DNA of 64,000 nt, from NCBI RefSeq assembly GCF_964204865.1, contig NC_135253.1, forward strand, positions 23,312,001 to 23,376,000, given 5' to 3'. Made by a program: the position numbers and the translations under genes. The stretch is from Styela clava. Taxonomy: Eukaryota. The notes beneath the pieces are model-generated. The model ran no database searches. It was not told the DNA's origin and saw only the letters and a list, made by a program, of their open reading frames with translations. Every line of letters starts with the position of its first letter. The first letter of the stretch is position 1. Shown here piece after piece: positions 28,424-40,200 of this stretch.

Positions 28424-28495
<72 letters not shown>
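26546..28495 (+). mobile_element. N1 ORF1-only element, full length (long allele)
   Basis: Between gamma exon and gamma intron; poly(A) of about 70 nt. Confidence 0.93.
26607..28139 (+). CDS. N1 ORF1 (510 aa)
   Basis: Intact; nearly identical to the 13833 copy. Confidence 0.93.
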   Translation: MNYAEAASTTPTPTSEETTAPTTRPRTLFLTTTKDLDFPRLFDILKTDSASRNYVDNITGLFEGRKGQWICTFAATDEPNSSCREQFMHDTKGEIRVSDGTITVSLPTEAPIRISIRGIPGETSYNKAVSTIERLQCGKVRNATRNWYRGTSIYNGYTSFFIENFKKDRLPDYLVIDGKSCKTYLPRELYVPTCGRCLKSGHNFTECESEPVCRYCKQPGHLLKECPSRRKEFPSISGSTWTLPRRRKQLSENPPHLEQPSNQNASQPATVSDLQNASQPGLISDLQSASQPGLNSDLQNATQPGQVSELQVNQNAVQPTLQTTKPDIPVDQMDLQPESTILGHTPHDNRIDPTSDVIEFSSSTDSTDLKEISNWSECEDVGSVISPLLTPPSQPQLKQTRQSSRLKQSSTIGNTPFHPPSKGNPYVRVMVHNIQPPDLTTSSVFSTTPDEISSAPANLEYNQSKSKTVDLPEPNLDNSDYANKRSREETSSDSSFSTTLEFRLVGKKKK

Positions 28496-28499
<4 letters not shown>

Positions 28500-28789
28500 G
28501 CTAGAGCCCGAGCTATTGCTCGTTATTTTATACTGCACATTCCAGATCGAAGTGGTTCGCGCTAACTCCTTCGTGACTTCTTATTCTCGCTAGTACGAGA
28601 CTTCTCGCGAAGTGAACGAGATAACAACGCGACGTGATACATCCTTTGTTGTCGCCGACTGACTTCTGCTCCCTTAGATTGTTGTCTTACATACATACAT
28701 GTCTTGTTGGAATAGATTGTGCAACCGAATGGGCTACAAACCAGTGACTATCATTATTCGCTGTATATTTAAGGTAAGTTCTGGAGCCG
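28496..28789 (+). repeat. SL array segment (gamma intron; alpha gene interrupted by B2)
   Basis: Alpha exon 28750-28773 (one substitution), then GTAAGTTCTGGAGCCG and B2. Confidence 0.9.
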
Positions 28790-28852
28790 TCCTCGGTTCT
28801 CGGAGCTTTACCTAAACAGCCGGAGAAAATCAACACAAATAAGCAAAGAAAT

Positions 28853-30319
28853 ATGGATTATTCAGCAGCCGTCACTTCAACTCCTGCTAGTGAAGACTCA
28901 ACCACGGAAACAAGAAATGCCAGACCGAGATCTTTATTTATGAAAACCAACCTGGATCTGGATTTTACCAAACTAATGGATATACTACGAGAAAGCGATA
29001 GTACACAGGAATATGTTAAACATATCAAAGGACTATATGAAAGCCGAAAAGGATTATGGATTATTACATTTGCTGCCACTGAAAATCAAAATACTAGCTG
29101 CAGAGAGGAATTTCTAAATGCAACCAATGGAGAAATGAGAGTTGATGACTCTCTAATCTCCATAACTTTGCCCAGTGGAGCCCCAGTACGGATCTCAATA
29201 AAAGAAATTCCTGAAGAAGCATCGTACGCTAAAGTTGCCACAATAATCAATCAACTGGGCTGTGGCAAAGTTCGAAATGCAATTAGAAACTGGCACAGAG
29301 GTACCGCTGTCTACAATGGTTTTACATCTTTCTTGATAGAAGACTTTAAGAAAGACAAATTACCAGACTTTCTTATGATAAACGGGATAAGATGTAAGAC
29401 CTATCTCCCCCGAGAGATGTATATTCCAACATGTGGGCGGTGCTTAGAAAGTGGACACACTTTCATAAACTGCGAAAAAGAGGCAGTATGCCGTTATTGC
29501 AAGGAGTCGGGGCACATAAGAAAAAACTGTAAACAAAGGGCGATGGACTACCCAACGCCCTCAAACCCGATTCAAGCATGGGCCATGCCTAGACAAAGAA
29601 GACCGCAATTAAACAAAGTGACGCATACACCTCGTAAAACTATAGAACAAAGTAATAAAACACCCAGGAAAACAAACAACATGGAAGACAAAACAGTCGA
29701 CAACACAGGAAAAGTAATTAATTATAATGAAGACCAATCAACCGAAAAACAAACATCGGAAGACCCTATAATTGAGGTAGCCCAAAATGACACGGTATGC
29801 GAGTTTTCCTCGTCTGCCTCTGATTTGCACAATACAAAAGAGCTAAGCGATTGGTCTGTGTGTGAGGATGTCTTAAGTCCACTAAATTCTCCTCAGGAAA
29901 ACCTACAACCTGAAACACCACCAAAAGACGACGTACAACCTGAACCCCCATCGAATAGAGTCCAGCAAAAGAAACAAAATAAACCAGTTGGTCTAAGATC
30001 CACCTCTACAATTGGAAATACACCGTACCACCCTAAATCAAAAGGACTCCCTCATGTCAAAGTTATGGTTCACAATATCGAATACCCGGACTCATTAAAT
30101 TCATCGGTATTTTCAGATACCCCAAGAGAAGTTTTATCGGCCCCAGCTGGTTTGGAATCTAAAGAAAACTCTGATCTATCCGAAATAGCATTTGATAATT
30201 TAGAATATACAAATAAAAGAAACAGAGAGGATACCTCCTCATCTGAAACCTCCGAAACAACCAGAAAAGAAAAAAACAACAGAGCACCAGGCAAGAAAAA
30301 GAACACAATGGGCACGTGA
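28853..30319 (+). CDS. B2 ORF1, zinc-knuckle Gag-like protein
   Basis: CGRCLESGHTFINC, CRYCKESGHIRKNC. Confidence 0.93.
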   Translation: MDYSAAVTSTPASEDSTTETRNARPRSLFMKTNLDLDFTKLMDILRESDSTQEYVKHIKGLYESRKGLWIITFAATENQNTSCREEFLNATNGEMRVDDSLISITLPSGAPVRISIKEIPEEASYAKVATIINQLGCGKVRNAIRNWHRGTAVYNGFTSFLIEDFKKDKLPDFLMINGIRCKTYLPREMYIPTCGRCLESGHTFINCEKEAVCRYCKESGHIRKNCKQRAMDYPTPSNPIQAWAMPRQRRPQLNKVTHTPRKTIEQSNKTPRKTNNMEDKTVDNTGKVINYNEDQSTEKQTSEDPIIEVAQNDTVCEFSSSASDLHNTKELSDWSVCEDVLSPLNSPQENLQPETPPKDDVQPEPPSNRVQQKKQNKPVGLRSTSTIGNTPYHPKSKGLPHVKVMVHNIEYPDSLNSSVFSDTPREVLSAPAGLESKENSDLSEIAFDNLEYTNKRNREDTSSSETSETTRKEKNNRAPGKKKNTMGT

Positions 30320-30528
30320 CCTGGGATCAGAGACGTCAACACTTGCAATTCTGGTAGGAAGAAAGGAAAGATATGTGAGTAGAAATTGATTTTTCACTCG
30401 ATAAATCTAAACCAACACGTTCTAGTGTTGTATTTTCTAAAATTATATAATAATGGATAGATCACGAGTCATAAATAATTTTACCACAACCAGGAGCTTA
30501 CATCTTTCGGCCCCCTATATAAATCAAT

Positions 30529-33500
30529 ATGGCTAAGTATAAGATTGTCTCCCTGAACGCAAATGGTGTTCAACATCACCTGAATAATATTGATAGATTT
30601 CTTAAACGAGAAAAGCCGGAAGTTATATGTGTTCAGGAAGCACATAGGGTCGACAAGGATGTTATATCGCAATGGGCAAGTGATCTAGGATACGATGCCT
30701 ACTTTAACACATTAGACAAAATGGAGAAACATTATACTAATTTCAGACACGGAACCCTAATCTTGGCCAAACATACTAATTCGACTCAGCAGACGGCATA
30801 CACCGTGCACATCAAACATCGATGTGACAGCCTAGAAATTGAAATAGATCAAAGAACAGTGAAGATTATTAATATTTATGCCCCTGCTCAAAACGGTCCA
30901 CTTAAAACTGATTTTTACAAACTTTTGACGAGTATTATAGGATTCTATTGTGACTCTACTCAACTACTTCTGGTTGGGGACTTTAACAATGCTCTGGAAT
31001 CGGTAGACGTCTCGAACACTAATAACTTTAAGTTGCGCCCCCCAGAGAAAATTTTTAAAAATTTCATCCAGTGTAACAATCTCATAGATACCTTTAGAAA
31101 TAAATACCCTAAAAAGCAGATCTTCACTTTCTATTTTCATTCCAATGGCAGAAGGATAGACCGAATATATAATTCAACCGATTTGGACAGCATTATTTCG
31201 ACAATAGCACACGTACCCAATACCGTATCGGATCACCTATTATGTCCGGTAGTAACCCTGACACAAATGAAAAAAGTTAGATGGGGCAGGGGATCGTGGC
31301 GAAATAATGTCAAGCTATATCGTGATCCGACCTTTAATGACGTCATAAAAAACACCTACCAAGCCGCGACCTTTGGCCTATATAATTTTGATACCCTACA
31401 AGAATGGTGGGATGATGTAAAATCCAAAATTAAAAAACAGTCCATAGCATATTCAATAAATTTGGCCCGAAATAAAAGAAATGAAACCACATTAGTTCGA
31501 AAAACGCTCCTAGAACTAATAAACGAAGGAAAACAAGAAAATGCCGTGAAAATCGTTGAATTGAAAATGCGACTTAGGGCCGTTGAAGAAGAACAAAATG
31601 CGCGGGACACACTAATAGCAAAAATGAAAGATCTAGAAGACGGCGAAAAACCAACATCAACCTTCTATGAAAGAATAAGAAAAAGAGCAAAAAAGACTAC
31701 CATTGACAAATTAGAGACCGACAACCAAACTGTGGCAACCGATCAGGACGAGATTCTAACAACAGTCGAGAGCTTCTACACAAACTTATGGGGGAAGAAG
31801 AGTGACATACAAGAATCAAGCCAAGATTATTACATATCGATAATGAGCCGAACAAAAATAGCAGATGAGGAAAACACCACTTTGGAGAGTCCTATAACAG
31901 AAGATGAGATTTACAATGCAATCAAATACATGCCCGACAATAAATCACCAGGTCTCGATGGCTTGACTAAGGAGTTCTACATTACATTTTGGAACATGAT
32001 CAAAAAGAACTTCACCCTATTAATTAACAACATCTTTCATTTCGGCCAACTTCCAAATTCTGCAAAAACAGCCAAAGTTAAACTAATCTATAAAAAAGGC
32101 AAAGAAACTTTACTCAAAAATTGGCGACCGATAACTACATTAAACACCGACTACAAAATAATATCTAGAATTCTGGTGAAACGGCTTGAATCGATATTAA
32201 ATAACGTTATCAGCAAAACGCAAAAATGCTCACTCCCCCTAAGGAGCATGGAAGATGTCCATTACAATACCGACGCAATTGCCAGGTATTGTAAAATGAA
32301 CAATATACCCGGAACATTAATTTTAATAGATAACTTAAAAGCTTTTGACAGGGTCAATCATGGTTTTTTGTTTAAAATATTGCACCAAATTGGAATAAGC
32401 AATAAGGCATTCAAAGTAATAAAAAGCATGTATACCGGAGTAAAAAGTAAGGTAGACGTAAATGGTAGGTTATCCAAAGCAATAGAAATCCGACGGGGAA
32501 TTAGGCAAGGATGCCCGCTCAGCATGATGCTATACGCTTTAAGTACGGAACCATTCGCCAGATCGATAATTTTTAACAGTAACATACACGGGATAAAATT
32601 AGGAACTTTCGAACATAAACTTGACCAATATGCAGACGACACTACCTTTGCAGTTCGGGATAATACATCAATTAATGAAATCTTTAAGGAATTACATCGA
32701 TTCGAAACGGCGACTGGACAGAAAACCAATATAGAAAAGACGCAAATACTCTGCCTGACAAGATCTTCTTACAAATCAACCTACAATTCGCCATACCAAA
32801 CATATATAAAACATAACACCAAAATACTAGGAATACACTTCGGAAACAAAGGAATGGATAAAATCTGGCAGGAACTGGAGAACAAAATAATTCGAACACT
32901 GAACTATGTAAAACTACGCAATCTTACTTGGCATGGCAAACAAATTATTATAAACTCTCTAATAATGTCCATAGTAATATTTCATGCAAGAGTTAAGCCA
33001 ATACCCCCCAAAACAGTAAATAAAATTCAAGGTGCCTGTTTTAAATTTTTATGGAGTCCCGCAAAGGTCGAGGCGATTGGTAGGAAAACATTGCAAAGAA
33101 TGCGTAGCGAAGGGGGTTTCAACATGATAGACCTGAATGCAAAAATCAAAGCATGCCTAGTAGAGAAAATGCGTGTACTTGCACTGGGCGGACCCCTAAC
33201 CCAATTCTGGCATCTAGAGGCGCTATATGCCTTGGGCTCCAGGATCAGATTGGTAAATAGGGATCTATATACAAATTCGATGCCCCATAGCCCCACAGTC
33301 CCAAAACAATGGAAACACATCCTCGATACCTTTAAAAAATTGGACTTTACGAAAAATGATTGGGACTTAGCGAGACATAAAAATATCTACCATAAACTCA
33401 AGGCAATAGACTCAAATCAACAACAACTGGATCTGAATTGGGAAGAAATTCACTTACTCACGAAAACATATCGGACTAAATTCACCAACACAGAAAGGGT

Positions 33501-33996
33501 TCTCTCGTACCGGATAGCCATAGATGGTTACATATTCGGAGACAGAATGCGGAATATGGGGCTTCGCTACAAAACATCGGGCTACCTTAGAATAATGAAC
33601 TGCAAATTCTGCCAAAAATCAATGGACAATACAAAACATATCTTTCTATCATGTGATAAAGTAGCCAATTATATTTCGGGAATCACCGGAGTACTGAACC
33701 AAATTTGCAATAACGATATTAAAATAACTCGAGAAGAAATAATGTATAATGGATACCAAGGACCCCAGCAACTACTTGTAACAAAATGTTCAGTAATAAT
33801 GAAGGACACCATAATAAAAGAAAAAATAAAGTTGGATATACAAGATAAATACTTCGACCCCAAGGAAGACACAATTCTGGCCAAAACAATTAAAAACCTC
33901 ACGGACTTCATTACTCTCATGGACCATAAATTCGGCAACACTCACTTTCTGGGAATAACTGAAAATTGGAAAATAATTTTAAACGGGTATCTATGA
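30529..33996 (+). CDS. B2 ORF2, APE + RT + Zn finger
   Basis: CVQE, GDFN, RIDRIY, SDH, GIRQGCPLS, YADD, CKFC..H..C. Confidence 0.96.
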   Translation: MAKYKIVSLNANGVQHHLNNIDRFLKREKPEVICVQEAHRVDKDVISQWASDLGYDAYFNTLDKMEKHYTNFRHGTLILAKHTNSTQQTAYTVHIKHRCDSLEIEIDQRTVKIINIYAPAQNGPLKTDFYKLLTSIIGFYCDSTQLLLVGDFNNALESVDVSNTNNFKLRPPEKIFKNFIQCNNLIDTFRNKYPKKQIFTFYFHSNGRRIDRIYNSTDLDSIISTIAHVPNTVSDHLLCPVVTLTQMKKVRWGRGSWRNNVKLYRDPTFNDVIKNTYQAATFGLYNFDTLQEWWDDVKSKIKKQSIAYSINLARNKRNETTLVRKTLLELINEGKQENAVKIVELKMRLRAVEEEQNARDTLIAKMKDLEDGEKPTSTFYERIRKRAKKTTIDKLETDNQTVATDQDEILTTVESFYTNLWGKKSDIQESSQDYYISIMSRTKIADEENTTLESPITEDEIYNAIKYMPDNKSPGLDGLTKEFYITFWNMIKKNFTLLINNIFHFGQLPNSAKTAKVKLIYKKGKETLLKNWRPITTLNTDYKIISRILVKRLESILNNVISKTQKCSLPLRSMEDVHYNTDAIARYCKMNNIPGTLILIDNLKAFDRVNHGFLFKILHQIGISNKAFKVIKSMYTGVKSKVDVNGRLSKAIEIRRGIRQGCPLSMMLYALSTEPFARSIIFNSNIHGIKLGTFEHKLDQYADDTTFAVRDNTSINEIFKELHRFETATGQKTNIEKTQILCLTRSSYKSTYNSPYQTYIKHNTKILGIHFGNKGMDKIWQELENKIIRTLNYVKLRNLTWHGKQIIINSLIMSIVIFHARVKPIPPKTVNKIQGACFKFLWSPAKVEAIGRKTLQRMRSEGGFNMIDLNAKIKACLVEKMRVLALGGPLTQFWHLEALYALGSRIRLVNRDLYTNSMPHSPTVPKQWKHILDTFKKLDFTKNDWDLARHKNIYHKLKAIDSNQQQLDLNWEEIHLLTKTYRTKFTNTERVLSYRIAIDGYIFGDRMRNMGLRYKTSGYLRIMNCKFCQKSMDNTKHIFLSCDKVANYISGITGVLNQICNNDIKITREEIMYNGYQGPQQLLVTKCSVIMKDTIIKEKIKLDIQDKYFDPKEDTILAKTIKNLTDFITLMDHKFGNTHFLGITENWKIILNGYL

Positions 33997-34131
33997 AACT
34001 GATAACTTTCTTCGTTTTAACAAAGTAAAATTACGAACAAACTCAACAACCATAAATGGTAGCCCAATAATAACGACAAAACCCGCAGAAAAACACGATT
34101 TTAACCTCGATAATACCATCCACAACTTTCC

Positions 34132-34470
34132 ACGGAAATGATGAATCGGAAGCTTCACGGTGGATGTCAGTCTGTGTGCGTGTTACACGTCCACACAGGT
34201 TGTACGGAAGCCGGGGGTGGCGGAAGTTGAGCTGTGCTAAGCATGGCATTGACAGAAGCCCTGGGCAGACGTGCTGCTATTTGGCACATAGCATGTACTG
34301 ATGCCCGGGGCCGAAGTCTTTGCCTCGCAATGCATAGTGAATACCAAAGCCGCCTTATCGATATGACCGCTGCTTACGCAGTGGCATGCTTATGGAGCGT
34401 AATACCGATATGACTCGGATATGACGTGTCTTTATGACACTGATCCGAGACTGGAAAAACTCTGATCCGT
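34132..34470 (+). other. Box C/D (kink-turn)-closed structured 3' UTR domain of B2
   Basis: ACGGA-A-ATGATGA (34132-34144) ... CTGA-TCCGT (34462-34470). Confidence 0.7.
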
Positions 34471-34473
34471 AAG

Positions 34474-34514
<41 letters not shown>

Positions 34515-34790
34515 CTGGAGCCGCGGCTCGTTATTTAATATCGCACTCTTCGGTTGGAAGAAAACGCGTTCATTTGTCCACGTTAACCCTTTCGTGACTT
34601 GACCTGTCAAAAAACCTTTCCGTGGGACCAACGAGTTAACCCGCGCAGGTGCACTTCGTTTGATGGTTGCCGACATCGCGGCGAGTCAGGTTTCTGCGTT
34701 ACTCGCTGTGTATGTCCAGACTGCTCGTCCAAGAACTTCAAATCTTGTGAGCATAGACTGTGCAGCCGAATGAGTCTCAAAGCAATGGCT

Positions 34791-34842
34791 ATCATTATTC
34801 GCTATTTGATTAAGGTAAGCTAGCGCCCGAGCTGCGGTTCGG
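34791..34842 (+). ncRNA. SL RNA gene, beta
   Basis: Exon, donor 34815, hairpin. Confidence 0.8.
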
Positions 34843-35044
34843 TATTTTTTATTGCATTTTCCATACTCCAATTCGTAGAATATTTCAATTCGTTCGTCCT
34901 AACCCTCTCTTATCTTTTGGCTTTGCGCGAGACACACCGCGGGCGGGCCTCGTTTGTTGTCGCCGACTTCTGCTTCTCGTTTTAGTATTCATTCGTACGC
35001 TTTGGCATAGATCGTGCAACCGAATGGGCTTCAAAATATTGGAA

Positions 35045-35095
35045 ATCATTATTGCTGTTTTGATTAAGGTAAGCTAGAGCCCGAGCTATTGCTCG
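35045..35095 (+). ncRNA. SL RNA gene, gamma
   Basis: Exon, donor 35069, hairpin. Confidence 0.8.
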
Positions 35096-35718
35096 TTATT
35101 TTATACTGCACATTCCAGATCGAAGTGGTTCGCGCTAACTCCTTCGTGACTTCTTATTCTCGCTAGTACGAGACTTCTCGCGAAGTGAACGAGATAACAA
35201 CGCGACGTGATACATCCTTTGTTGTCGCCGACTGACTTCTGCTCCCTTAGATTGTTGTCTTACATACATACATGTCTTGTTGGAATAGATTGTGCAACCG
35301 AATGGGCTACAAACCAGTGACTATCATTATTCGCTGTATAATTAAGGTAAGCTAGAGCCTTATTGATCAACAGCACGGAGCGTCTGGTAGTTTTTTCTGC
35401 CATTCCGCGGCTTTTGCCAGCCCGCTCCGAACTAGGTGTATTGGGAGTGGCCTCTCCCCCTTCGGGAATTTCTTAGAGGCCACCCCGGCGTTTCCGTAAC
35501 GGTTTTTATATATTAAACCGTTACCGCTTTTGTTTGTTGCTCTGTTAGTTTATAAACTTCTGTTAGTTAATAGCCCTAATTTCTACTACTACCATAATAT
35601 CTAGCTCGTTTTTATTATCCTTCAGTTAGTTTATTTGTAGTAGGTTTCCTGAACAACTCTTAGTTGAATAACATCTGGGGTTCCACATTTCTTCTATAGT
35701 TTCTCCGTAAAGTTCTTG

Positions 35719-37131
35719 ATGTCTGCCAGGACACACCTGCCTCTCGGCAGTCAGAGTGTCTCTGGCAGACCGGCAACTGGACCATCTGACCCGCAGACCT
35801 CTTCTTCTTCGGCAGCCAAACCACTGTTCTCAAGTGTCGCAGCGTCGATTCCGAAGGTCGCGAACGTGAAGGGGATCGAAGTCCAACGTGGGGAGTCAAT
35901 TGACGCCACAACATCGCAGGACATCCCCACTGTCGCCGCTTTCTACCAACTTTTTTCGTCGGTTGAGCAGCTTCGACCCTTCAGGTCACTTGTTGAAGGA
36001 GTGTTCCCAATTAGATCGGGAACTTGGAATATCACCTTCCAGGCGGCAGATGGGGGAAATCGTGACAAGTTCCTATCTATGATAGGAAACGAGCTTGATA
36101 CCCCATCTGGCCGTATTAATTTTTCTTTGCCGCGTGGTTTGGGCACGCGCATTAGTGTGCGGAGTATCCCGACGGAGGCGACGATCGAGCAAATTACCAC
36201 CATGCTCGACTCGCTGAAGTTCGGGAAGGTACGCCGCGTATACCGAATATACCTTAAAAATACAAAGGTATATAATGGCTACATTCAAGCCATTGTTGAT
36301 GATTTCAACAGGAATAATTTTCCTGACTTTATCAACATAGCCGGTATGCGCTGTAAGACGTACCTCCCCGCGGAACTCTATGTAAAATCATGTTTAAACT
36401 GCTTCGCTACCGGGCATTTGGCCCGAGAGTGCATTAACCCCCCCTCTTGCCGCCTGTGCAAAAAAGCCGGGCATGTGCAGAGGGACTGCACCGACTTCCC
36501 CTCCATTCCATCTGGCAGGAGGTCTAGTGAAGCAGCACCACCGCAAATTAAATCTCTCGTACAATCTGTTTCTAAAACCTTGATGGGGAAGGCGAAATAC
36601 ACCTTCGCCAAGATCTCATCAAGTGCTCCAGCAACGCCTGTACGGAAAGAAAAGGAAAATAATAATTATAATAAGGAGAACTCTTCTAGTAAGACTGGTA
36701 ATTTTCTCAGTCGGGTTACAGTTGATGTCCATCCTGTCCCGACCGAGATACACAATATTACCGACTCTCTAGAGTCGGAAAATATGGGAGATAAAATTAA
36801 TAGGTTTTTAAATAATGGTAGTGGTCCTGGAAAGGACTCGGCTAACCTGGAAGAAAACAGCGACGATGATGAGAGCTCTCTGGAAGCTGACTTACTTAAT
36901 ATAGCCAAACTTACAAAGTGCTCGGAAGAAGAACACGTGTCTTTTCGCGAGAAGATACGCATTCATCGTAAATCCAAGGAGCCGGGTCCGGACTGGGACT
37001 ACTCCAAAATTGAAAAGCCTTCGATTCTCAGGGACGAGAAGAGGGGACGCGAGAGCTCGTCTTCGGACGCGTCATCAGCTCTCCCCCCCCGTAAATCCCG
37101 GGGTCTTTCAGAACCATCGGCTGGTGAATAA
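35719..37131 (+). CDS. A1 ORF1
   Basis: A few substitutions relative to the 1654 copy. Confidence 0.93.
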   Translation: MSARTHLPLGSQSVSGRPATGPSDPQTSSSSAAKPLFSSVAASIPKVANVKGIEVQRGESIDATTSQDIPTVAAFYQLFSSVEQLRPFRSLVEGVFPIRSGTWNITFQAADGGNRDKFLSMIGNELDTPSGRINFSLPRGLGTRISVRSIPTEATIEQITTMLDSLKFGKVRRVYRIYLKNTKVYNGYIQAIVDDFNRNNFPDFINIAGMRCKTYLPAELYVKSCLNCFATGHLARECINPPSCRLCKKAGHVQRDCTDFPSIPSGRRSSEAAPPQIKSLVQSVSKTLMGKAKYTFAKISSSAPATPVRKEKENNNYNKENSSSKTGNFLSRVTVDVHPVPTEIHNITDSLESENMGDKINRFLNNGSGPGKDSANLEENSDDDESSLEADLLNIAKLTKCSEEEHVSFREKIRIHRKSKEPGPDWDYSKIEKPSILRDEKRGRESSSSDASSALPPRKSRGLSEPSAGE

Positions 37132-37287
37132 TAAACCATAGCTCCAAGTTTTCATAATCCCTCCTTTCTGTTTTTTCTATGCGGGTGGATTAACATCCAC
37201 AATCACCATTTTGATTAATCGTACTATACCAACTGTGCGTAATTTATTGAGTGGTATACTATATAATTATTACCCAAATCTCTTTTA

Positions 37288-40200
37288 ATGGATACTTTGA
37301 GTTTAGTTTCACTCAATGTTAACGGACTGAACTCAAATAGACACAGGTTGGGCCTCTGGATACGGAGACACCAACCTGGAATAATTTCCTTGCAACAAGT
37401 ACACCGTTGCAAAAAAGACGAGATTGATTCCTGGGCAGCCGACCTGGGATACACCGCGCACCTCAATACCATCCACCATGAAGTCACCTCGATGAAATAT
37501 TTCAGAGCTGGGACTGGAATTCTAGTTAAAAATAACATCCCCTGTACCATTCTATCGTACAAGGTTTTAATTCCATACAGGCTCGGCCGTCTGGACTTTT
37601 TTTTCAATAGTAGCATTACATGCTTAATGAATGCTTATGTCCCTTCGGTTCGGGGCTGTACCCAGACTGACTTCATGGTGAGGATGTGCGATGTGTTTCA
37701 GACCCTAGACCCCCTGGACCCACTGATAATTTTAGGGGATTTCAATGCCGTCTTGGATGAGCGTGATGTTCTAATTAAACAGAACTTCGGGCTCACCAAG
37801 GCGGAAAAAATACTTGGATCCTCTTTAAAATCTCTTAGTATGATTGATATCTTCCGCCAAAAACATCCGGCTGGTCAGGTATATACCTGCAAAGTAGATA
37901 CACAGGCGCGTAGGATTGATCGAATTTATATCTCCGATCACTACGCGGCCTGTGTGAAAGATATCTATCATATAATAAATACAGCTTCAGATCACACCCT
38001 TGCTCCAGCCCTAGTCTTGAAATCCACCTTGAAAAAGGTGGATGGAAAGGCTAGACCGAAATCTTCAACGAAGATTAGATGGGGCAAGGGTGCCTGGAGA
38101 AATAACACCTCTTTGTATAGTGATCCAGAATATCGGGAAATAATAATTAATAGTTATAAAAATCTTGTTCACCGCATGGAAGAATTTTCATATATTCAAG
38201 ATTGGTGGGATTTCACTAAAAATAGTATTAAAAAGAGTAGCATTGCTTTTTCCATCTATAAAGCAGATTTACATAGAAAGAAAAAGGACCATCTGGACTT
38301 TTTAATTAGAGATGGACAACATCATGCGGAAATATTAAATTTAAGAAAGGAACTTCTTCTTCACGAGACAAAAAAATTAGAATTTATCAAATTAAAAGCA
38401 CGTATTCAAGGGATGGAAGAGGGTGAAGAGCCCACCAAAATCTTCTATCAGAAACTTAAAAAAAGAGATCAGGACACCATAATTACACAACTCAAGGATA
38501 AATTCGGACAAACTAAAGAAAAACCGGAGGAAATAATTAGTATAGTCCATGACTTTTATAAGGATCTCTGGGGAACCACATCAGATATTGATGTGGCAAC
38601 TCAGGATGAACTTATAAAAGTCATGGAAACCACTCAGTTATCGAGTGATGATAACGGCCAAATTGAAAATGGAACTACTGAGGAAGAAGTCTTTTCTATA
38701 ATAAAAAATATGGACAATGGCAAGTCGCCGGGTCTCGACGGCTTGTCTAAGGAATTTTACTTAGCGTTCTGGACCCTAATCAAAAAAGAACTCATAATTA
38801 TAATTAATAACGTTTTATTTTCTGGCATACTGCCAGCATCATCAAAAGTAGCAAGAGTTAAATTAATTTATAAGAAATCCGACGCTCTAGATTTGAAAAA
38901 TTGGCGTCCGATTTCAAATCTAAACGTCGATTATAAAATCATCACAAAACTTCTTTCTAGGCGCCTTTTAAATTCCTTCTCTGGCATAATTAGTCCGACC
39001 CAGAAAAGTACCATTCTGGGTCGGTCTATCTTTGATGTGCATTATAATATCACAAGTGCACTCAATTATGCCAAATACACTAATAGTCCGTATTTCATTG
39101 TTTCCATTGATAATCTCAAGGCGTTTGACATGGTTAATCATAATTATCTTTTGAGACTTCTCGAAAGCATTAACCTATGTCCAAGCGCCTTGAGATTGAT
39201 AAAATCCATTTACACCGGCATTACCAGCATCATTGAGGTAAATGGGGCCTTCACCCAAAAAATTAACATACTGAGAGGCATCCGTCAAGGGTGTCCTCTT
39301 AGTATGTTACTCTACACCATCAATGTTGAGCCCCTCAGCCGATGTGTAATCAATAATAAATTAATAAAAGGTATTCGTATTGGTAATTTCACCCACAAAT
39401 TGGATCAGTATGCGGACGACGCAACTTTTGTTGTGTCGGACGCATACTCGATTGATGCTATTTTCAATAACTTGGAGCTATTTCGTCTAGCCACAGGGCA
39501 GCGGATCAACAGAGAAAAAACCTCCATCCTCTGCACTAATGATAGGGCGAAGGAGATTCTATCTTTTTTCCCCTATCATAGGTACATAAAGGACCATATT
39601 AAAATCCTTGGAATCTACTTCGGTGAAAACCAAATTAATATAACTTGGAGCGAGAAGGTCTCCAAGATCGAACAAATAATTAATTTTAATCGGTCTAGAT
39701 CCCTATCCTGGTACGGCAAGATCTTGGTTATCAATTCCTTGATCTTGTCGCAGGTTATTTTTAGCGCGAGGTCGGTCCCCATACCACCTCCTGTCATAAA
39801 ATATATTGATCGCAAGATCTTCTCTTACCTCTGGATCTCTGAGCCTATGGAAGTATTGGGCCGGCGGATCCTCCGGAACGGTAAATCTATAGGTGGAATG
39901 GGTGTTCCCTGTCTTAACACCAAGATAGTTGCTTGCCAGGCTGAACGTTTCCAACAACTGGCCTCTCTTGTTAATCCCACACAATTGTGGCATAGAGAGG
40001 CCCAGTTCAGCCTTGGCAGTAAAATAATCCAGGTTAATCCTGGTTTGTTTAGCAACTCGATACCCCATTCCATCACCGTTCCGGAATCATGGCTGAAAGC
40101 CTTCAACACATTTCGTGTTTTGGGGGCTAAAGGCCATGATTGGGATTCTGCCGGTCTAGCTTCCATATATAGGACCCTCATGAGTGAAAGAGAAGAAACT

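Larger units (their letters stand above)
28790..34512 (+). mobile_element. B2 autonomous Tx1-like non-LTR retrotransposon, full length
   Basis: Two ORFs; poly(A); flanked by duplicated TTCTGGAGCCG (11-bp TSD) of the alpha intron. Confidence 0.95.
34513..35359 (+). repeat. SL array segment (alpha intron, beta, gamma, alpha exon)
   Basis: Donors at 34815, 35069, 35347. Confidence 0.92.
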
